Source of the DNA: the human T2T-CHM13v2.0 reference genome, Homo sapiens
DNA length: 64,000 nt
Strand: one strand, 5' to 3'
NCBI RefSeq assembly: GCF_009914755.1
Contig: NC_060934.1
Shown: positions 53,771 to 64,000 of the stretch, in pieces
Position numbering within the stretch: the stretch's first letter is position 1
How the letters are laid out: every line of letters starts with the position of its first letter
Made by a program: the position numbers and the translations under genes
Notes under the pieces: generated by a model
Databases searched by the model: none
What the model was told of the DNA's origin: nothing
Seen by the model: only the letters and a program-made list of their open reading frames with translations

Positions 53771-54320
53771 AATCAGAGCAATGGCACTTTCCTTCTCTGA
53801 AGTCTAATTCTCACCTACCTCCAACGCCCTCCCTTCTTTAGTAGTCTCAATTCAGCTTTATTCTTCCCTCTCCCATCCCACCTTCCCCTCCAGCCCTCCA
53901 GCCATTGCTTTCTCTTCATTTACTTCCCAGAGACTGTTTAATATGGTTGCTTCCTCTAAGGAGCGAGGAAATGTTGATAGCAAAGGGCTCAGAGGGCCTT
54001 TCCAACTTCTCTGAGTTCTGTGAACTGAAGCCTTACCTAGAAAGTATGAGGCAAGGGAGGGAAAGGGGAGAACTTGGATGAAGACTGTGGGGAGAGGGAA
54101 CCAAGAAGAGTGATGGAGGTGGCTAAATCAAAGCAGGACAGAATTTGTATAAAAGAGCAAAAGACCTGGGAACAAAGGGCAAAAGGATGAAAAATGGGAG
54201 GGCAGGAAAAGAGACAGATCAGAAATCAGATCAGGGGAATGGGTTAAAGAAGATTAAGGAGAGATCAGGATTTAGGAATAAAACTAGAAGATAACAGCAA
54301 CAGAAGGTATGGGGCATAAA

Positions 54321-54326
54321 TTTATT
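54321..54326 (-). terminator. SYNPO2L: SYNPO2L poly(A) signal AATAAA (3'UTR ~54305-56141)
   Basis: TTTATT at 54321-54326 with T-rich downstream sequence on the minus strand. Confidence 0.75.
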
Positions 54327-55205
54327 CTTGTGCACAAACCAAAGTATTGTGACTCACACCCAACAAGCAAAGGAAATTATCACTTTCCAGATTACACAGC
54401 AAACGTAGCTGGTGGTGGTCTTGGTGAGAAGGGAGTCCATACTAAGATTGGAGATCAGGACCTGAAGCTGAAAAGAAGCAATAGCTGGGGTTTTGAGGGA
54501 TGGGGTGGGACTGAAAGGAGGTTTTGGCTCTGGGTATTTCCCTACTCTTTCCCAGGCAGTCATGGCAAGCTGCAGAAGACACACTGAAGAACAGACTCAA
54601 GGAAAATCACACAGACACCAACCGTTCTTTCAACACTCAGCACACACCCTCACACCTCCCTTCCACCATCATTCCCTTCCATTCTAACATTCTTCTCCCT
54701 CAAATTTTTTTCCAATCCCCCTCTCACACACGGTTGGTTTCTTGTTACTCAACTTTACCTTCTCCCAATATGGCATTGTCCCTCGCCACACTTCTGTCTG
54801 TGGCTCAATCACTTACACTCATTTCTGCCATGCTTCTGATTTTGGCCTCACTTGCCACACTCTGGCTCTCTTCTCCTTTCTCTCAAGCTCATGAGGCAAT
54901 GAAGCCAATGATTTGTTCATTCTCGGAGGGAATTTTCTTTCTTTTTTTCATTTCCTGGGTACTGGGTTGCTCAGCACTGGCCTCTCAAGTTGCTAACTTT
55001 TTGAAATCCTGAGGTATAGAATTCTTTGTTCTATTCCTGGTCTAGCTGGTATAACTCAGCCCATGCAAACTGTCCTGGCCCTTCAGTCTTTTCATGCTCC
55101 ATAACTTTCACAAGATGCTGTACACCTGCTACAGACATTGGTCTCTAAGGAGTTATTCTCTAGTGAATCTCTTTCTCCCACTCAACTCCATGTGGGGATA
55201 TCTGA

Positions 55206-55545
<340 letters not shown>

Positions 55546-55598
55546 TCAGATTGGGTCTTTATTTTGACCTCCCCTCTTATTCATGCCTTAGACGGAAG

Positions 55599-55600
<2 letters not shown>

Positions 55601-55642
<42 letters not shown>
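55601..55642. repeat. (CA)21 microsatellite = (UG)21 in the SYNPO2L 3'UTR
   Basis: direct reading. Confidence 0.95.
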
Positions 55643-55644
<2 letters not shown>

Positions 55645-56141
55645 CCTAGGTATATGCCAGTCAAGCTTGGGAAAGCAGAGTGGGGGGTGGGGGTGGCTTA
55701 GTGCAAACAGGGGTCAGTTCAGTCCCTTTGCTGTGTGCCTGGTGGTGAGCTTCTTGCCTGAAGTCCCAGTGGTCACTTCTGCTCTGTTTACTTCTCACTG
55801 AACATTAAAATGAGGCCCAGGGAGAAAAGCACAAATGTCAAGGAAGAGAGATCTGTGGAGGAATATGGGTGGAGAAGCCTGGAAATAAAGACAGAGATCC
55901 AGGAAAGGAAATGCAGAGACAAAGAGAGGCAAAGATACCAAAGCAGACATACTTGGTTGGAAAGCGGCAGGGAGGTAGAGAGTGAGGAGGAAGGTGGGGG
56001 AAGGGGACATCAACTTGGAAACCATCTCTGGCAGGAGGCAATTTAGCTTCCAGATGCGTGACAGGGGATGGGATAGGGTAGGAGAAGCAACTTTAGGAAC
56101 TGGATGTTCCACCTCTCCTTGGTCCTGGGACCTGTGCCTGT

Positions 56142-58303
56142 TCACTGGTGCCCTGCCCCAGGCCTCCACACATGAGCTTGCAATCCTGTTCTGGTGGCTG
56201 AAAATCGGGGCCTGGCTACCTGGAAACCGCAGGAGCTGGGAGAAGCCCCAAGGCCCCTGGGAGCCTCTGGAGGAGGGGCTGGGCTAGGAACAGGGGCTGA
56301 GGCCAGTTCTGTTCTCCAGATGGGCTCATCCAGTGTAGTGGCTGCTCGGGGGGCAAGCACAGTGGGAGCCAGGGGTTCTGCAGTGGGCTGGGGTGCCGGA
56401 GTGGAAAACCGGCGAATCTCCTGGACTCGGGCAGTTTTGGGGGACCCTGAGGCGATAGGGCCAGGAGTCGGGGGAACCTCATCAAAACAGAACATGGCAG
56501 TTTTAAGTTGATAGGGCTGATGCCGCATAAAATCTAGAGCCTTGATGCCCTGCTTGGGTGTTGCCCGAGGCCCCTGGGATTGGGCCTTAGGGAGAGTTCG
56601 GGCCGCCTGGGGGAAAAAGGGAGAGAGCAGTGGGTTGTAAGCAATAGGAGGCGGGGCACGGATGTTGGGTGAATATTTCCAGGAAGGGGGCAGAGACGGG
56701 GTAGGAGAAGGACTTCTAGGCCGAGGGCCAAGACCAGGACCAGGTGTACCTTCCACCACATACCTGTCCGCACGGCTCTGCCGCTTAGCAAACAGCTCCC
56801 CACCCCTGCCCTGCAGCCTTGGTGGCTCAGGGATTCCAGCCGAAGAGGCTGCCCCATTCACGAGCCCATCAAGGAGCCCTCGAGATGGGGGCTTAGGAGC
56901 CACTGGGGGTGGAGTCTTAGGAGTCATAGGGGGCGGGGTCTTGGGAGCCATTGGAGGGGGGGTCTTAGGTGTCACGTGAGGCAGGGTCTTGTAACTCCTG
57001 GCCCCTACTGGCTGCATGAAGTTGCAGGCTTCAGCCCCGAGGCTCAGAGCATCTTCTTCAGGACCAGATTCTGCACCCCCGGCCCGAGGCTTTTCATCCA
57101 GGTTCTGTACCAGCGATAGCAGCTCGGGGTTGGGCGAGTTCTTCGTCTCCTCCTTTCCCGGCCGGAACATCTGCTTCCGGGTCCCCCGGCGCCGGGCCTC
57201 CTGCAGGATACCCGTGCGGGCAGCTGGCACAGAGATGCGCTGCTCGCGAGCGCTGGGGGGCTCAGGAGCCCCTGGGCCTGGGGCAGGCGCCTCTGGGCGC
57301 GCAGAGGGTCGCAAAGGCGCAGATAGGAAGATAGAAGCGGTGGAGGTCATGGCAGCTGCGCTAGGAGGAGCGGGGGGCTCTGGAGCTCCACCTGGGGTGA
57401 CAGGCCGACTAGGGGCTGGGATGTACAGGGAGCTGGTGGCTGTCACAGGGCCCGAGGAGCGTGGGGTGCTGGGGGAACCAGAGACTGGCGCGTGGCTGGG
57501 AACCCCTGAAGTGAAGCTGGGCAGAGGGGTGGGCCCCTGCGAAGACAAGAAGGGGGGTGGGGCGGGGCTGAGGCCCCCCAGGCTGTCGTTCGCCCTTTTG
57601 GGGGCTAAAGGCCGGAAAATAACCGAGGTGGTAGTTGGCCGCTGCCCTTGTAGGCCCGGGGTAAAGGGCCTGGCTGACCGGTTAAAGATGCTTGGAGCTG
57701 GGGTCGGGGCTCCACCACCTGGTTGGAAGGGTCTGGGGCTGGCTACAGGCGCCGGCAAGGGGCTGGGTGGGAGCACAGCTGCCTCTGGGGGAGCACTCTG
57801 GGCCCGAGGTGGTGACTGCAGGCCTTCCCCGTTGAGCATGGCTGCTGGTTCGACCCGTGCCAGTTCCTGGGTGCTGGAGTCTGCGCGCTGGCGCTGCTGT
57901 TCAAAGAGCTGCACCCCTCGCCCAGAGACCTCACTCAGCTGCCCTCCCAGCCCAGAGCCCTGGCCCTCTGATGCTCTTGAGCCCGCCCTGGCAAGCTCCA
58001 TGTCCAGATAGGGACTGTCCCAGTCAGATTGATTGGTGAGGCTGCGGGCGTCAGAGAAGGCTTCTTCGTCCAGCTCGGACTCACTCGTGGGGGGAACGCC
58101 GTCCTCCTCCTCAGCGCCTGTCCCAGCAGCAGCCCCGAAGCTCACCAGGGTGTACTTCTTGGCTCTCTGCCGCCGTTTCTTAAACATAAGTACCCCTTTG
58201 GAGTGGGGGTTGGGGGCTGCAGTGAGCAGGGATGCAATTGTCCTGCATTTGGTCTTGGCCTCTTTTATGCTCTTCTCTTGGAGGCTCTCTGCACGTTGCA
58301 GTT
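56142..58303 (-). CDS. SYNPO2L: Synaptopodin-2-like (CHAP) last exon, shared by both isoforms (LQRAESLQEK...VWRPGAGHQ*)
   Basis: 724-aa ORF; true acceptor ctccccag|AA at 58303; synaptopodin motifs KGVLMFKKRRQRAKKYTLVSFG, SPNPELLSLVQNLD, SLGAEACNFMQ, WKYSPNIRAPPPIAYNP. Confidence 0.98.
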
Positions 58304-59604
58304 CTGGGGAGGCCAAGAGGTAAAATGGTCAGGGGGGCTTCCCAGCCTCTTTTAGTCCTGTTCCCCAAGGCTTTCACCCCCCATCCCAGCAAGCTCCCTC
58401 TTGCACTGACCCGACCCACAATGTCCCCTGTGACAAAGTCCTCTGACTTAGGGGCAGAGTGGAGGGTGAAAGGTGAAACCAAGGACAGTTAAAGATAAGG
58501 CAGAGTCCAGTTGGCTGCCCTGACACTGCTCTGACCACAGCTCTTCCATCCCATTTTACTGCTATTCTGCTCCTATCTTCCAAGAGATGTGCTCTTATCC
58601 ACCCCACACACATTCCTCACCTGCCTCCCATTCCTGACTGGCAATGGGAGGGGGAGGAGAAGGATGTGTCACTCTCCGTGGCAGACAGGGAGATAAGCAG
58701 GTCCCAGGGAGAGGAAAGATGAGAAGGAACACTTTCCACCCATCATAGGGACCATGTTAGGAGGCTTCTCATGAAGCTTAGGACTCATCCTCTCCACTAC
58801 CCCTTACCCCTATGATATGAGCACAAAGAACCCTTAGCAATGAGGATCTTCATTCACAATTCCACCCTCCTCATGCAATCCACATCATACACATTCACAG
58901 AAATAACTCCCACCACACAGCACTTCAACAAGAATATCCATCTAGTGAAAGCCAACTGTAGGCGTACTTTCTCCTATTTACTTTTCTCTCTCATTCACAT
59001 ATACCCCAGCTTACATACAGCTCCATTCACATACACTTATGTAAATACACATGTGTGCACATCAAAACACCATCACTCAAATACATTCACACACCTACAT
59101 GCTCTAGGTGGCCCTTCTTCCCAGAGACCTCCCTGCAGAGACCCTGTTACTAACAGTTTAGACAGAAGTTAAAGTTGATCTCGGCCTTCCAACTGCCAGG
59201 GCAGTCCTCTGGGCTTCACACCCCTGCTACTCACAGTCAGGGGTAGTCTCCATCCAAGATGCAGGAAAAGTTAGAGTGTTGTTCTCCAAGGCAACACTCC
59301 AAATCTTTAGGATACCTCAAGGTCGCCAGCTAAATATATTATTTACCCCAAGCTGGGGATGGTAGTGGGGTGGGCTTCTTCAGGGGTCAGAACTGTCTCT
59401 ACGTAGAGAGCTCAGGCAGCCACTGCCAGCCAGGCACACAAAGACTATGTGCTAAAGGGAACCAGGGCAGGGCTTTCCATGCCATGTGGGGCCTGGGTAG
59501 GTGGGGCCAGGAAATGGGAGGGCTACCCTGCTGCGAGGACCCCGCCTTGCACATGGATACTCTCTGGTCCATGGTCCCCAGTTCCTCCTGAAAAATTATT
59601 GAGA

Positions 59605-59721
59605 TTCCATCTACTTTCCACTCAAGGTACCACGCTCCTTTGTAATGAGCTCCTTTGCAATGAGCTTTGTAATGAGCTCCTTTGTAATGAGCGTGGTATC
59701 TTGAGTGGAAAGTAGATAGAA
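59605..59721. repeat. Inverted repeat (33-bp arms) enclosing 4 tandem copies of (CTC)CTTTGTAATGAG
   Basis: 59609-59637 ATCTACTTTCCACTCAAGGTACCACGCTC vs 59689-59717 GAGCGTGGTATCTTGAGTGGAAAGTAGAT (one G:T). Confidence 0.95.
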
Positions 59722-59789
59722 CTTTTTCATTTTTGTCATTCCTCTCATCCCAGTGTTTATACCACAGAATAGTGGTATGGATGAGACAA

Positions 59790-59990
59790 CAGGCCCTAGA
59801 GTCAGAGTTCAGTTCAGGTTTTTGGTTTCTGGGATAGTTACCTCACCTCATTAAAGTTCGGTTTCCTCATCTGTAAATGAGGGTAGACAATGGCTACCTC
59901 ATAGGATTGCTATAAGGATTAACTGAGATAATATAGTAAATTTAGCACTTAACACAGTGTGAAGGCCCACTATAACCATTACTATTGAAG
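59790..59990 (+). mobile_element. MIR fragment
   Basis: MIR core gtttcctcatctgtaaatg...acctcataggattg...aggattaactgagataat. Confidence 0.75.
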
Positions 59991-60331
59991 TCTTCTTGAC
60001 ACTATACTTTCTTGATATATATGGATACTTTCTTGTTCACACATATCTTCTCCCATGACTCACACATACATGCCTTCATGTATTCATAATGTACTCACAC
60101 ACGCTCTGTTCCCATGAGTTTTCTACAGCTCTTGTGGTCAGAAACCCCTTTGACATGTGACCACAGCATCACTGAGAAAGGGGCAGTGAAACTCTCCTGA
60201 GAAAAGGAGGAAGAGGACAGCAAAAAGGAACAAGAGAGTAAGACCTTTCCCAAAGACTACCCTTCCTAAACTATTGACATCTTCCCCTCCATTCTAGACC
60301 CCAGACTCTCATAGATATGGGAGGGTAGTAC

Positions 60332-60431
60332 CTGCATAGAACGAGTCTTGGAGCTCAGGAACTGGGTCTGGGGCTTTGTCATAGCTGGCTTGGCTGAGGG
60401 GCTCTTGGCTGATGGGCTCAAAGGTCTCCAT
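60332..60431 (-). CDS. SYNPO2L: SYNPO2L short-isoform (CHAPb-type) first coding exon METFEPISQEPLSQASYDKAPDPVPELQDSFYA(E)
   Basis: AGCATGG at 60431; 100 nt ending GCAG|gtacta, phase 1, joins 58303 in frame to give 753 aa. Confidence 0.9.
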
Positions 60432-60449
60432 GCTGAGAAAGGCGGTGTT

Positions 60450-60740
60450 GGCTGGAGCAGGACCAGCTTGAGCCACCCCCCACGCCTTTTAAAGCCCCTT
60501 TGTCTTGTCCCCAGAGCTGGCAGCTGAATGAGCTCACTGTGCTATTTTTGGAGCCTGGCCCTCTCCCTTCTCTGGGCTGCCCCACAAGTGCCGGTGTGAT
60601 GGATGTGGGCACCTGCCTTCCCTTCCCCCAACCCCACCCCAGTAGACAATGAGGTCTGCTTGACTAAAAATATCTCTGAGCCAGTAGCTACAGTCTCATC
60701 CAGCATTATGGGAAGGGAGGGGGAGATAAGTGGAGAATTG
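60450..60740 (-). promoter_or_regulatory. SYNPO2L: Internal striated-muscle promoter of the short SYNPO2L isoform
   Basis: TATA-like TTTAAAA 60487-60493, E-box CAGCTG 60521-60526, MEF2-like 60542-60551 and 60664-60673, NKX2-5-like CAAGTG 60585-60590, GATA AGATAA 60724-60729. Confidence 0.65.
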
Positions 60741-61224
60741 AGGAAAGCATAGGATCCTAGGCACGCATCTGGAATTCCTGGGATATTGGACACTCAGGGA
60801 TGTCAGACTCTCAACTCTCATGTCCTTAGCCTCCACTCCAAACTGAGAGACACAAAGTTCTATAGATCAGGAATCAAAATGGTGGAGGAGAGGGAAGAAA
60901 TATAACTAGAGGGGGAATCATGAGATTTTGGAGGTAACAAGAACGGTCTCTGTGGGAAAGCACGGGAGGCATAGAGCAGGGAGAACGTTTACCCTTAGAC
61001 CTTGTTCTGTAGCTCACATCAAAAATAGCAAAGCCTGAGATAAGTGGAATGGGCTTTTTCTGCCCAGGCCAACATTCTTGCCTGAGATAAGGAGCCAAAG
61101 CTCCCTCCCTCTGCCACTTCCTCGGGATCTCATGATCATCCCATAGCCTCTCAGTCCCCAGGAATCCGAACTGAACTTGCAAATGTCAAAGGTGCCTGCT
61201 ATTAATACTATAAAGAATCCTTTG

Positions 61225-62200
<976 letters not shown>

Positions 62201-62562
62201 TCAACCTGCTTTTAAATACTCCCCTGTCCTGTGTCTGTACTCTGCTTTCACCCAATCATGACACACAATAACAATTATCACCACCACCAAACCCTTCATC
62301 TATTTGTGTCCCTTTCCAATTTCCCTACTTACCCTGTTCCTGGGTTGAACTGAATCACCTTACCCTTTTGCCACATTGGTTCAAACAGCAAAAATAATGG
62401 TGGCCATGAGAATAATTATGCTCCCCTTCTACTCATTACCCCTCCTGTCCCCAAGACTGTATCCAAGGGTCCCAAGGTAGGGAGAATGTACGGCTATAGA
62501 AGGCTGGATTTAAGGCTCAGATTGAAGGATCCTGGCTGGGGAAAAGGGGTTCAGGCACTCAC

Positions 62563-63077
62563 TGGCTTGCTTGGCCTTCTGGGTGTAGGTGGTAGTAAGA
62601 TCTTCTGCCACTGGGTGGGGAACAGGCCCCACCATAGGGATGAGATGAGGACCAGGTCGGAGGGGGCCATGGGGTAACAGCAGAGCCTCAGCTGGGGGTG
62701 GCTGAAGGGCTGCCCCATCCTCCCAAGACGGGGAGCTCACACGGCTGTCACCCTGGCTGGGAGGGCCAGGGATAGTAGGTGCTGGCTCTGCAGGGCTGTC
62801 AGACAGGTAGACCTCATCAGGTGGGGCACCCGGAGGGGTGGGCCTTGTGGGGCCTCGGCGGCGAGGTCGACGGGGCTTCTCCTGGGTGGCAGGGCCATCA
62901 GCATCACTGTCAGTCTCTCCGTAGTAAGCCTCACTATCAGGAGGTGAACGAAGGCTCCCAGGCTGAAGAGGCTGAGGAACTGGAGCACCAGGGGGCTCAG
63001 GACTTAGTGGAGATAAGGGTGACAGCACCTGAAGCTCATGGGGAGATGGAGATTGCACAGGACCCTCGTCTGCTAAC
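62563..63077 (-). CDS. SYNPO2L: SYNPO2L exon 3, long isoform (LADEGPVQSPSPHE...TQKAKQA)
   Basis: tatccag|G...GCCA|gtgagt; 515 nt; phases match both neighbours. Confidence 0.95.
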
Positions 63078-63552
63078 CTGGATAGGAAAGATGACAGAGC
63101 TTGAGAGATGGGCTGGGTACTGACAGCTAGAGAGATCTGGAAGGGATGGAGGGAAGAGGTAAGGGGGAGGGAAGAGGTAAGGGAGAGAGAAGGCTGTCAT
63201 ACAGTTGGAATGGGTGGGCCGGGAAGAGTGGAGATATGAAGACAAACTGGGAGGCAAATGTGCTTGAAGGGCTGTGAGTGGAAATAGGCTTAGAGGAAGA
63301 TGTAATGAGGAGGAAACAGGCCAGGGGTTGAAGTAGGCTCATCAGTCAAATACCCACTGACATCCCCATCCCTTAATTGCAGATACATTCAAGCCCTCTG
63401 GGAGGCAGACACAAACCATCTGCACTCCAGCAGAAACGCACGAGCAGAAATAGGTACCTGTTAGTTGCTAAAGCCAGGCCAGTGAGACATAGAGCTGAGA
63501 CAGGCAATGGGAGCCCTGGATTAGGGGAAGAGAAGAGGAGAGAGGTCCATAC

Positions 63553-63704
63553 CGCTGCACAGTGAGGACAAGCTGATTTCCTGAGGCATCGATGAGGCTC
63601 ATGGCACTGGCATGGGAGAGGTTGGTGCAAGAGACCCCATTGATTGCCAAGAGCTGGTCCCTCTCTCGGAGTCCTGCTCTGCCAGCCTGGCTCCGTCTTC
63701 GAAT
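63553..63704 (-). CDS. SYNPO2L: SYNPO2L exon 2, PDZ domain C-terminal part (IRRRSQAGRAGLRERDQLLAING...LVLTVQR); exon 1 is beyond the window
   Basis: atctcag|ATT...CAGCG|gtatgg; 152 nt; PDZ-like GLxxxDxLLAING. Confidence 0.95.
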
Positions 63705-64000
63705 CTGAGATGTTGAAGGAGACACTGTAGGTAAGAGGGGGCTCCAAAGGGAATAGAATGAAAGGAAAAGATGGGAAGGACCCACAGGAGGGGATTTTAC
63801 TTTGCAGGGTAAGAAGGGTGGGGAGATGCATGGAAGTGGCTGCAGTTGAAGTGGCCTGTCTAGAGGGAAGAAAGTATACAGACTGGAGAAAGAAATACAT
63901 CATATGGTGGGAAATAGGGTAACCATTGAATGAAAGAGGCTTGGGAAGAACTGCATGGGGTAGGTAACTAGAAATGGTGGTTATTGGCTGGGTGCAGTGG

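Noticed and set aside
57016-58011. 331-aa antisense ORF over the SYNPO2L last exon
   Set aside because: In-register shadow of a GC/Pro-rich coding strand; no independent promoter or splice evidence
58304-58316. ORF-track start MASPE for SYNPO2L
   Set aside because: TTG inside the intron's pyrimidine tract; the real exon begins at 58303
59449-59715. ORF with LLCNELLCNELCNELLCNE, or a CRISPR-like reading of the repeats
   Set aside because: The peptide repeat just reflects the 15/12-nt tandem; there are no unique spacers and no cas genes, and the DNA is human

Overview
Human (primate) genomic DNA, recognisable as the 10q22.2 USP54-MYOZ1-SYNPO2L locus, with all three genes on the minus strand. 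1-35.4 kb is the very Alu-dense 5' non-coding region of USP54 (assigned from known gene order, since no USP54 CDS is in the window), ending at a bidirectional-looking CpG-island promoter (~34.8-35.8 kb). MYOZ1 is complete (~41.08-50.94 kb): 5 coding exons sum to 900 nt = 299 aa, and intron 4 is GC-AG. SYNPO2L/CHAP spans 54.3 kb to beyond the right edge: exons 2-4 of the long PDZ isoform, plus an internal first exon, absent from the ORF track, giving a 753-aa short isoform. Nearly all other ORFs in the track are Alu or antisense artefacts. There is no CRISPR array, rRNA, tRNA or prokaryotic system, and I cannot prove a novel system. The best leads are: (i) short motifs shared between myozenin and synaptopodin-2-like, suggesting common ancestry; (ii) a 33-bp-arm palindrome with a 4x amplified apex in the last SYNPO2L intron; (iii) templated-insertion scars inside Alus whose donors can be located 0.8-3.3 kb away; (iv) a four-level nested L1>AluJ>AluY/Sc>LTR12 insertion sense to USP54; (v) a possible + strand transcript from the CpG island to a poly(A) site convergent with MYOZ1; (vi) a CTCF motif between SYNPO2L and MYOZ1. 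Repeat subfamily names come from recalled consensus sequences, and repeat boundaries are approximate.
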